The position numbers and the translations under genes are program-made. Positions 1 through 7,436 of a stretch of 13,778 nucleotides of DNA are shown here, one piece after another (position 1 is the first letter of the stretch; each line of letters opens with the position of its first letter). This stretch comes from Gemmatimonadota bacterium. GTDB lineage: Bacteria > Latescibacterota > UBA2968 > UBA8231. Location: positions 1 through 13,778 of the forward strand of contig JAYPJE010000084.1 of NCBI GenBank assembly GCA_038128265.1, in the 5' to 3' direction. A model generated the notes under the pieces. That model saw only the letters and a list, made by a program, of their open reading frames with translations. It was not told where the DNA came from and did no database searches.

Positions 1-98
1 ACGCTGATGGCAAAGGTCACGTAGAGCGGAAAGAACGCAAAGAGCAGCACGCCCAATATAAAGAGGTGTTTGCCGAATTCGCCCCAAGTTGAACGCAT
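1..98 (-). CDS. Carbohydrate ABC transporter permease, second subunit (MalG/UgpE-like); N-terminal fragment, runs off the left edge
   Basis: ATG at 98-96 directly follows the TAA of the upstream permease, with GGAG upstream. Translates to MRSTWGEFGKHLFILGVLLFAFFPLYVTFAIS, a typical first TM helix with the FPxY...S pattern. Not in the ORF track. Confidence 0.85.
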   Translation of the reverse strand, partial: MRSTWGEFGKHLFILGVLLFAFFPLYVTFAIS

Positions 99-1385
99 TT
101 ACTTCTCCACGCGCACGAAGCGGTTGTTGATTTCGGTGAGAATAAGGATAAAGAAGAATACGATTAGGCCAATCGCGCAGGCCTTGCCCGCATAGAGTTC
201 GACAAAGGCGCTGCGGAACATGTAGAGTCCCGGCACCAGCGCCACGCCGCGCGGACCGCCGCTGTCGCCGAGCAAAATCAGAATCTGTCCGTAGGTTTGC
301 AGCGTGCCGATGATCATCAGCACGAGGTTGATACGCACCTGTGTGAGAATGAGCGGCAGCTCGATATAGAAAAACTTTTGCAGCGTCGACGCGTTGTCCA
401 AGTCGGCCGCCTCGTACACGCTCTCGTCGATACTGGCCAGGCCCGTCAGGTAGATCAGCACGCCGACGGTGCCCACCCACGGAAAGCCCCAAAAGATCAG
501 CGAGGGGATAACTAGCGAGGCATCGCCCAGCCACGAGGGATTGGTCCCGGCGTGAAATACGTCCCAGCCAAACAGGCCGTCTATCCACACCAGCACGTCG
601 AGAAAGCCCGAGCCGAGCAGAATGCGGTTGAGAATACCCTGCGTCGGGTCATAAAAGGATTTCCACACCAGCAGACCCACCATCGCCGGCACGATCATCG
701 GCACGACAAAGAGCACGCGGTAGATATACTGCCAGCGCTCGCTCTTGAGCCGGTGGATAAAGACGGCCGTCACAATGGAAGGCACCATCTTCACCAGATT
801 GGCCAGCACCAAAATGAAAATTACGCCGAAGCCCGACCACAGCGTCTGGTCGCCGGTGCTGATCATAGACTGGTAGAAAAACCACAGGAAGCCGTAGAGC
901 ACGCAGATGCCCTGCACCCACTGACTCCACCCCGTGCGGAAGACCTGATGTACGGCAACGCCGACGAGCGTCGCCCACAGCGCGCGGCCGTACCAAACCC
1001 ATGCCTCACCCGCCGTCATGTGGAGCACGGTCGAGGTATCCGCCGCGGCAAAGAGCGCCGCACCCAGCGCGACGACCAGCGCCGATAGACCCCACGGCGC
1101 CGCGCGCGCCAGCCACAGCGGCTTGCCGACCAGCACGGCCATCATAAGCACTACCCAAGCCGCCATGACCAGCCAGAGAAAGGGCGACCAGCCCAGCAGC
1201 TGGTGAAAGTTATACAGGCCAACAAACTCTTTTACGTAGGAGCCGTTCCAGCGAAAAAACGCGTGGTAGATCGCGCTGGCCGCCGGAAAGTAGGAAAAGA
1301 TGCCCACCAGCGCCGCGGCCGGCAGGGCAAATAGGTAGAGACGCCAGTAGGAGACCAGACGGCGCACGCTGATATGTTTAGCCAT
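99..1385 (-). CDS. Carbohydrate ABC transporter permease (MalF/UgpA-like), 428 aa, with extra membrane insertion
   Basis: Multiple TM segments; FVGLYNF, YRVLFVVPMIVP and GILN motifs; EAA loop ESVYEAADLDNASTLQKFFYIELP; C-terminal GKACAIG helix. Confidence 0.93.
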   Translation of the reverse strand: MAKHISVRRLVSYWRLYLFALPAAALVGIFSYFPAASAIYHAFFRWNGSYVKEFVGLYNFHQLLGWSPFLWLVMAAWVVLMMAVLVGKPLWLARAAPWGLSALVVALGAALFAAADTSTVLHMTAGEAWVWYGRALWATLVGVAVHQVFRTGWSQWVQGICVLYGFLWFFYQSMISTGDQTLWSGFGVIFILVLANLVKMVPSIVTAVFIHRLKSERWQYIYRVLFVVPMIVPAMVGLLVWKSFYDPTQGILNRILLGSGFLDVLVWIDGLFGWDVFHAGTNPSWLGDASLVIPSLIFWGFPWVGTVGVLIYLTGLASIDESVYEAADLDNASTLQKFFYIELPLILTQVRINLVLMIIGTLQTYGQILILLGDSGGPRGVALVPGLYMFRSAFVELYAGKACAIGLIVFFFILILTEINNRFVRVEK

Positions 1386-3116
1386 CTAACTCTGCTTCTC
1401 GCTCAGGTCGATCTTGATGTGCTGCTGAATCTCGCGGGCCTTGGGCGCTCCCTGCTCGAGCAGCGTCTCCCACTCCAGCAGGCGATAGGAATTGCGGTAG
1501 CGACGCATGCGCATTTCCCATAGGTAAATCATCTTGCTCTGCACGCGCTCGGGCGACGGTGCACCCTCATCCCAAGTCGGACCAAACGTGAAACCGGCCA
1601 ACTGATGCGACAGCGACATCTCCTGCGCCAGGCGCTCTTCCCACTCGTTGTTGAGCAGGCGCTCAAATTCCTGCGCCAGCGCGCGCGGCATCTCGCGCTC
1701 CATCATTTGTGCAAAGCCATCGTAGTCGATCTTGTGTTCAACCAGCTCCCAATTGGCCTGGTTAAAAGCCGCCGTCGCCGGGCCGTTGCCAACGACGCGG
1801 TGCACCTCGCCAGTCCAAAAGCCTTCCGGCTTGCGCACAAAGGGACGCATGAGCGGATGCGGTTCGGCGCCGCGAATAACCGGCGGCCAGCGCGACAGCT
1901 GGTTAAAGCGCTGGTTGTTTTCGCGCGAGGTGAGGAATTGGAGAAAGCGCAGAGCGATATCTGGGTGCTCGCTAAATTTCGACACGGCCAAGCGGAACAC
2001 CGCCGGCGCATTGGCTTCGCTCACCCGTCCGCGCACGTGCTGGCCGAATTCGGGGTCGCTGCGATCGGGATAGGGAAAATCGCAGATGCCCATTGGGAAA
2101 TCGACCTGGCTGTTGAAGCTCATCGCATCCCATGAGCCGGAGGCGCAAAACAGCGCCTTGCCCTGCGTAAAGCGAAACTGCGCCTCCATGCGATCCATCG
2201 CCATAAAGCCGGGAGAAAAATGCGCCGTCAGGTTGGCCACCGTCATCTGGTCGGCGCGGATGCGCTCGTCGTAAAAGTCGAAATCGCCGGCGGCATAGGC
2301 CAACAGCACCTCGTCATTGGCGCCAAAGTAGCCGTCAAAATCGCGATCGTTTTCCAGCATCAGATCAAAGAGCGTCGCCGCGCGCATGGTGCGAAAAACG
2401 CTGGCCTGGTAGCTGGAAGCAGCCACCGGCGTTAGATCGGTGCGCCCCTCGCGCTCGGCCCACTCGCCAAAGCGGCGACACAGGTCGAGAAAGGCGCGAT
2501 AGTCGCTCGGCGGTTCGTCGATGCCAAAGGCCTCGCGCAGCAGCTGGCGATTGTAAAACATGCGAATGGAGTAGGTGCTCGACGACGCGCCGTAGTACTC
2601 GAGGTCCGTTTGGTCGACCGATCCGACCATGCCGTCCATATAGGTGTCCATCCACGGCACGTCTTCCAGATCGGTGCCCCTATTGTAGGGGTTGGGCTGT
2701 TGCACGTCTTCTGTATTGCTAATAAAAAAGCGCGGCACGGACCCCGCTTCTTCACGCCCCAGTTGCACTAGATCAGGCAGCGTGTGACCAATTCCCTGCG
2801 TCTGGACATACTGCTTGTATACCCGTTCAGAAATGGCGTTTTGCACCACGCGCACCGGACTGCCCGTCTCTTCGAGGTAGACCTTTTCAAAGCGGCGCGC
2901 AATGTCGTCAAAGGCTTCGCGGAAGCCGGCTTCCAGCTGCCAGTGCACCACGCGAATGGTAGCCATATCGTCGGACTGCTCAACCTGCTGCACGGAGTAG
3001 ACGCGCCACAGCGACACGCTGAACGAGATGACCAGCACCACGACGGCCACATAGTTGCTCAGACGGCTCCAATCCATTTTACTACCCTCTCCGTGCGAGC
3101 GCGCTTCAGCGGCCAT
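1386..3116 (-). CDS. ABC transporter extracellular solute-binding protein (family 1, carbohydrate type); start at 3116 or 3077
   Basis: N-terminal hydrophobic anchor (YVAVVVLVISFSVSLW); PDLVQ, MFYNRQLL, FTQGKALF..GSWD and ALRFLQFLTS motifs of family-1 SBPs. Both ATGs have SD-like sequences (AAGGAG before 3116, GGAGAGG before 3077). Its TAG abuts the permease ATG. Confidence 0.9.
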   Translation of the reverse strand: MAAEARSHGEGSKMDWSRLSNYVAVVVLVISFSVSLWRVYSVQQVEQSDDMATIRVVHWQLEAGFREAFDDIARRFEKVYLEETGSPVRVVQNAISERVYKQYVQTQGIGHTLPDLVQLGREEAGSVPRFFISNTEDVQQPNPYNRGTDLEDVPWMDTYMDGMVGSVDQTDLEYYGASSSTYSIRMFYNRQLLREAFGIDEPPSDYRAFLDLCRRFGEWAEREGRTDLTPVAASSYQASVFRTMRAATLFDLMLENDRDFDGYFGANDEVLLAYAAGDFDFYDERIRADQMTVANLTAHFSPGFMAMDRMEAQFRFTQGKALFCASGSWDAMSFNSQVDFPMGICDFPYPDRSDPEFGQHVRGRVSEANAPAVFRLAVSKFSEHPDIALRFLQFLTSRENNQRFNQLSRWPPVIRGAEPHPLMRPFVRKPEGFWTGEVHRVVGNGPATAAFNQANWELVEHKIDYDGFAQMMEREMPRALAQEFERLLNNEWEERLAQEMSLSHQLAGFTFGPTWDEGAPSPERVQSKMIYLWEMRMRRYRNSYRLLEWETLLEQGAPKAREIQQHIKIDLSEKQS

Positions 3117-4014
3117 CCGGCTTCTCCTTTACTCGCTGGTCTTCGACCGGCGTGGAAAGCGGCGGCGCGTAGTCCGAGTCGAGCTTGCCGACCTTGAGTT
3201 CGTCGGCGCGCAGGGTGGCAAAGTGCGCCTTTTGCGAGGAGGGCACCTCGCTGGCCAGCAGGCGATAGTAGGCTTCGGCACGCGCGTATTGGCCCAGCTC
3301 CAGCTCGTGTATGCGCGCCAACCGGAAGAGCACGCCCTCTTTGACCCGCACGTTGCTGATGCCGGCGCGATACTGCGCGTCGAGGGCCTCGGCTAGCGCG
3401 GCATAGTCGCCCACGAAAAATGCCATTTCGGCGCGCATGCCGTGAAAAATGGACTCAAAGGCCGTTTCTGCAAAGCGCGGAGCCATCTCGGCGGCAACCT
3501 GCAAGCCGCGAATAATTTCCCCTCGATCGGGACGCTGTAGGTAGGAGCTAAGCAAGCGCAGCTGCGTCTCCTGGACCAGCGGCGAATCGGTGGGCAAAGC
3601 TGAAATCGCCTGCTCGTACAGGCTGCGCGCTCTGTCTACCTGGGCCGGTGCGAGCTCCATATGGCAGTCGGCTAAACGACCCAAAATCTGCCCGCGCCAC
3701 AGGCCGCGCTGGCCAACCTGCTGCAGCAGCGCTTCGTACTGCGGAATAGCCGCCTCCGGATCGCGCCCCGGCATCTGGTAGTGCGTTATAAATGCCCGCC
3801 CTAGCTGGCCCTGCCAGCGCTCTTCTTGGCTGGCCTGCTCAGACTGGGCGACTTGGGCAAAGAGCGCGTCGGCGTTGGCAAAGGCCTGCAGCCCATACTC
3901 GCTCCAGGCGCGCCCCAGCAGCGCGGCGGGCCGTTCCTGCGCCCATAGCGCACCCGCCAACAGACAGAGCGTCAGCGCCAGTGCGCACGGCCACATTTTA
4001 TCTCTATTCTCCAT
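3106..4014 (-). CDS. Secreted tetratricopeptide-repeat-like helical protein
   Basis: Signal peptide (CALALTLCLLAGALWA|QE) and repeated TPR-like helices (LGRA..., AIPQYEALL, LFRLARIHE..LGQYARAEAYYRLL). First gene of the ABC operon. ATG 4014 (or 3996) preferred over TTG 4020. Confidence 0.75.
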   Translation of the reverse strand: MENRDKMWPCALALTLCLLAGALWAQERPAALLGRAWSEYGLQAFANADALFAQVAQSEQASQEERWQGQLGRAFITHYQMPGRDPEAAIPQYEALLQQVGQRGLWRGQILGRLADCHMELAPAQVDRARSLYEQAISALPTDSPLVQETQLRLLSSYLQRPDRGEIIRGLQVAAEMAPRFAETAFESIFHGMRAEMAFFVGDYAALAEALDAQYRAGISNVRVKEGVLFRLARIHELELGQYARAEAYYRLLASEVPSSQKAHFATLRADELKVGKLDSDYAPPLSTPVEDQRVKEKPDGR

Positions 4015-4026
4015 GGTCAACTAAAT

Positions 4027-4035
4027 AGTTTAACA
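4027..4035 (-). promoter_or_regulatory. Candidate extended -10 promoter (TGtTAAACT) for the TPR/ABC operon
   Basis: Minus strand reads TG-t-TAAACT, ending 12 nt before ATG 4014, in a locally AT-rich patch. Confidence 0.45.
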
Positions 4036-4044
4036 ATGGCACTG

Positions 4045-4072
4045 GCGTCAAATGACGCGCGGTGGCCACCGC
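4045..4072. promoter_or_regulatory. Two adjacent palindromes in a divergent promoter region (candidate operators)
   Basis: GCGTCA-AA-TGACGC (4045-4058) immediately followed by the perfect palindrome GCGGTGGCCACCGC (4059-4072). Confidence 0.45.
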
Positions 4073-4102
4073 TTGCTAGGAGCACACCCAAGGCAATACT
4101 TT
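4073..4102 (+). promoter_or_regulatory. Candidate sigma70-type promoter for the PhyH-ACT operon
   Basis: TTGCTA (4073-4078), then AATACT (4095-4100, 16-bp spacer) or TACTTT (4097-4102, 18-bp spacer). Confidence 0.4.
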
Positions 4103-4146
4103 TATGCCGCTTGTCTGCCTTAGACCCTTTGCCAACTGGAGGACGT

Positions 4147-4998
4147 ATGGACGCGCGCTGCTTAGAACACCTGCTGACCGAAGAAGAGAAGAGCCGCTTT
4201 GAGCGCGACGGCTATTTCATCGTCGAAAATGCCATCCCGCAGCAGCTGGTCGACGAGCTCATCCCCGCCGTCGACCGCGTCGATGCCGCCGAGCGCGCGC
4301 GCATGGGCATGGAAGCCGACGCACGCATCAACCACTACGACTTCATTGGCAAGGACGATCTGTTCTTGGAGCTGCTCGACTGGCATACGACTTTCCCCAA
4401 GGTGTGGGACCTGCTCAACTGGCACATTCAGCTCTACCACACCCACATGACGGTTTCGCCCCCCGAGGCCGAAGGCAAAACGCTGGAGGGAGACGGACTG
4501 GGGCTGGGCTGGCATCAGGATAGCGGCCGTCTCAACAACGACTTCGAGCTTTCGCCGCGACCGCGCGTCTCGCTAAAAATTGCCTACTTCCTAACCGACA
4601 CGCGCGAAGAGGGACGCGGCAATTTTTACGTGCTGCCCGGCAGTCACTTAAACGATGATTTTCCCGGACCCGACCGCAAAGGCCCCGTCGAAGGGGGCCT
4701 ACCCGTTCGCGTCGCCCCCGGCACGGCCGTGTTCTTCGACCGCCGCATCTGGCATTCGGCCAGCGCCAACTACTGGACGGAACCGCGCCGCGTGCTCTTT
4801 TACGGCTACTCCTACCGCTGGCTGCGACCGCGTGACGACATGCAGGTGACCCACTATCTCGAGCGCTGCGATCCCATCCGCCAGCAGCTACTCGGCGTCA
4901 CCCATTCGGGCGGGCGCGGCTACACCTCGCCGACGGATGCCGACGTGCCGCTCAGAGCGTGGATCGAGGAAAACGCGCAGACCGCAGCCACACAGTGA
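4147..4998 (+). CDS. Phytanoyl-CoA dioxygenase (PhyH) family Fe(II)/2-oxoglutarate dioxygenase, 283 aa
   Basis: FERDGYFIVENAI N-terminal motif, WHQD iron ligands, VLPGSH, distal WHS histidine and downstream PRR arginine. GGAGG SD before ATG 4147, so the track start at 4036 is over-extended. Confidence 0.92.
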   Translation: MDARCLEHLLTEEEKSRFERDGYFIVENAIPQQLVDELIPAVDRVDAAERARMGMEADARINHYDFIGKDDLFLELLDWHTTFPKVWDLLNWHIQLYHTHMTVSPPEAEGKTLEGDGLGLGWHQDSGRLNNDFELSPRPRVSLKIAYFLTDTREEGRGNFYVLPGSHLNDDFPGPDRKGPVEGGLPVRVAPGTAVFFDRRIWHSASANYWTEPRRVLFYGYSYRWLRPRDDMQVTHYLERCDPIRQQLLGVTHSGGRGYTSPTDADVPLRAWIEENAQTAATQ

Positions 4999-5405
4999 AA
5001 GGCGGCCTGACGGATCTCGAGCAGCTGCTGCGCTCAATGGAGCCCGAGTTGTTCGATGAGGTCTACGCGTTTTGCACGATAGCGCCAGAGCAGCTGAACG
5101 AGCTAGCCGTTCAGCCGACGCTACTCTTTGGCGAGCGAGAGGGAATGACCGCCATCCTACCCAAGGCCGAAGCCGAACGCGCCGGCCTCGAATACGCCTT
5201 CCCGTCGCGCAGAATCACACTTACGGTGCACTCGAGCTTAGACGCCGTTGGCTTTCTGGCCGCCGTAACGGGGGCGCTGGCCGATGCCGACATCAGCGTC
5301 AATGCCGTATCCGCCTTCTACCACGACCATCTGTTTGTGCCGGTGCATCGCGCCGAGGAAGCGCTGCAGGTCTTATCGGCTTTAGCCGATGCACCCGCTC
5401 GGTAG
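4995..5405 (+). CDS. Stand-alone ACT-domain protein (DUF2241/ACT_3 plus ACT_7 type), 136 aa
   Basis: TDLEQLLRSMEPEL...YAFCT, EREGMTAIL, ITLTVHSSLDAVGFLA and NAVSAFYHDHLFVP are characteristic of this family. The GTG start overlaps the upstream TGA (GTGA). Confidence 0.88.
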   Translation: MKGGLTDLEQLLRSMEPELFDEVYAFCTIAPEQLNELAVQPTLLFGEREGMTAILPKAEAERAGLEYAFPSRRITLTVHSSLDAVGFLAAVTGALADADISVNAVSAFYHDHLFVPVHRAEEALQVLSALADAPAR

Positions 5406-5453
5406 ACGACGGCCCAAACGCGAAAGAGACGGCCCCCACAAAACGGCTCGTAC

Positions 5454-6527
5454 TTATACGTGAAAGATGTAGAGGTCGCGCGCGGCCAGCGGCAATTCGA
5501 CCCACGCTCCGCCGCACAGATGGCTTTCGGCCACGCCGATGCATGCCTCCGTGATGTGGTGCGTCACATCCACATTGCCCGTGCTCGGCTGGCCGCTTTC
5601 ATAGGCGGTCACTAGGTCTTCCAAGCACTGCACCACCGGACTCTTTGGCTCGACAAAATCAAAGGGCTCTTCCTGCCATCCGCGCTTGCCGCTCGGCTTG
5701 CGCAGCAGCACACCGGCACCGTTGTTGAGCGAGCGAATACTGCCCTCGCTGCCCAGCACCTCAAATTCCCAATAGCCGCCGGGTATTGTCCACGCCTCGA
5801 CACCATTGGCAAAGCGCAGCTGGTAGGTCGCGCGCGGATCAGAGGCGATGTGGCGCCCGCTGAAGTCTTCGTCGCGCGGCAGCAGCTCACCGCGCACCGC
5901 TTCTATGGACGGGTCGCCGAGCAAATAGGACACCGTGTCAATAGAATGAATGTGTCCGTGCATCAGGCTCGACGGCGCGTAGTGGACCACGCTCTTCACA
6001 TCGCCCACCGCACCGGCTAATACGGCATCGCGCACGACGGTATAGCGGTTGTCAAAGCGCCGCAGCACACCGGTATTGAATACCGCGCCGCTCTGTTGCA
6101 CGGCGGCCAGCACCTCGTCGGCGCGCACCATCGACGAGGCCATGGCCTTTTCGACGTAGAGCATGGGCACGCCCATTTCGCATAGGGCAACCGTCAGATC
6201 GGCGTGCGAATCGTCGCGATGCTCAGGCCCCGGCGAGCGGCTGTGCGGTTTGGGCAGGCAGGCCGCCGTGCAGATGGCCACCAGGTCGAGCGACTCGCTG
6301 CCGACCATCTCGCGAAAGTCGCCGTAGACGGCCTCGACATCCCAGCGCTCGGCAAAAGCCGCGCATTTTTCGTCGTCCAGATCGGCGCCAGCTACCAGTT
6401 CCAACCGCGGGCTTTCTACGGCCGACGCCGCAATGGAATAAGGCAGCTCCGAATGGCCCTCGTCGTCGATGGTGCTGCCCATGCGACCCAGCCCGATAAT
6501 GCCAACGCGATACGTTTTTTCCGCCAT
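5454..6527 (-). CDS. Gfo/Idh/MocA family NAD(P)-dependent oxidoreductase, 357 aa
   Basis: Rossmann motif GIIGLGRMG, LDLVAICT, EKA (variant of EKP), RRF, and HGHIHSID at the catalytic motif position. Confidence 0.9.
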   Translation of the reverse strand: MAEKTYRVGIIGLGRMGSTIDDEGHSELPYSIAASAVESPRLELVAGADLDDEKCAAFAERWDVEAVYGDFREMVGSESLDLVAICTAACLPKPHSRSPGPEHRDDSHADLTVALCEMGVPMLYVEKAMASSMVRADEVLAAVQQSGAVFNTGVLRRFDNRYTVVRDAVLAGAVGDVKSVVHYAPSSLMHGHIHSIDTVSYLLGDPSIEAVRGELLPRDEDFSGRHIASDPRATYQLRFANGVEAWTIPGGYWEFEVLGSEGSIRSLNNGAGVLLRKPSGKRGWQEEPFDFVEPKSPVVQCLEDLVTAYESGQPSTGNVDVTHHITEACIGVAESHLCGGAWVELPLAARDLYIFHV

Positions 6528-6530
6528 GGC

Positions 6531-7352
6531 TTATGCTCCTACCTTTTCTCTTAGCGCCCTGAAAAAGGCGACTTCGCGGCGAACGGCGTCCATCATGTCG
6601 CTCTGTTCTACCTCGAATTCGCAGTGGATTGATACCGGACCGTCAAAGCCAATGCGCTTTAGCTCACTAAAGACCGCCGTCCAGTCGCACATACCCTGAC
6701 CGGCCTCGACGACCCGACGCCGCACCGCGCCGTGGTTTTCCCTGTCGATGCGTTCCAGCAGAAAGTCCTTTACCGCCACCATCGACAGATGCTCGCGCAC
6801 AATGGCTACGGCTACGTCGAATTCCTCCCCTTCGGCGCGCAGGTGTCCCGCGTCCAGGAACGCACCGATCAGCTGGGGATCAAAGCCGCGAATCATATGG
6901 GCCAGCGTGCCCGCATTGAGCCCTAGACAGCGCTGCGAATGCGTGTGATAGCAGGCGCGCACATTGTATTTTTGCGCCAGCGCAGACCAGCCTTCCAGCG
7001 CCGCGCGCGCTTTACCGACCTCGTCCCAATAGTCCATCTCGCCCGGGACAAACTTGAAGTAGCCCAGCTTCAGACGGCGCACGTCGGCCGCATCCATCGC
7101 CGCCAGCAGGCGCTCGCCTTCGGCATCGGGCAGCAGCACGTTGGTATGAGCCGTCACCATCGGTATGTCCAATCCCTTGGCGCGGAACTGGGCTACCGCT
7201 TCGGGTAGGGCCTTCTCGACGTTGTCGGGGTTAACCGGATAGCCCGGTCGCACCGCCATATCGTAGCCTTCGATGCCCAGCTCTTGGGCGAAGTCGATCA
7301 GCTCTGCAATGCCCAGCTCCTTCAGCATCTTCGAAAAAACAATCAGTCTCAC
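6531..7352 (-). CDS. Sugar-phosphate isomerase/epimerase family (xylose-isomerase-like / AP-endonuclease-2 TIM barrel), 273 aa
   Basis: ELGIEGYDMAVRPG, YHTH, DAGH, VKD, GQGMCDW and GFDGPVSIHCE motifs. GTG start with AAGGAG SD. Confidence 0.88.
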   Translation of the reverse strand: MRLIVFSKMLKELGIAELIDFAQELGIEGYDMAVRPGYPVNPDNVEKALPEAVAQFRAKGLDIPMVTAHTNVLLPDAEGERLLAAMDAADVRRLKLGYFKFVPGEMDYWDEVGKARAALEGWSALAQKYNVRACYHTHSQRCLGLNAGTLAHMIRGFDPQLIGAFLDAGHLRAEGEEFDVAVAIVREHLSMVAVKDFLLERIDRENHGAVRRRVVEAGQGMCDWTAVFSELKRIGFDGPVSIHCEFEVEQSDMMDAVRREVAFFRALREKVGA

Positions 7353-7371
7353 CCGTGCTCTCCTTTGTAGC

Positions 7372-7427
7372 GAGTGCGGTGCACTCCGTCTGTTTTCACC
7401 AAACGCGCCCTGCGTCTAAACCGCAGA
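7372..7427 (-). other. Three consecutive intercistronic hairpins
   Basis: On the minus strand: UCUGCG-7nt-CGCAGG (7427-7409), CGUUUG-7nt-CAGACG (7405-7387), GAGUGC-3nt-GCACUC (7386-7372). Confidence 0.4.
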
Positions 7428-7436
7428 CCAGTGCGC

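Noticed and set aside
4036..4146. N-terminal extension of the first PhyH gene
   Set aside because: It covers the promoter and palindrome region, and the GGAGG SD points to ATG 4147.
5406..5453. Spacer between convergent genes with GACGGCCC direct repeats
   Set aside because: No convincing hairpin plus U-tract, and short GC-rich repeats are expected by chance.
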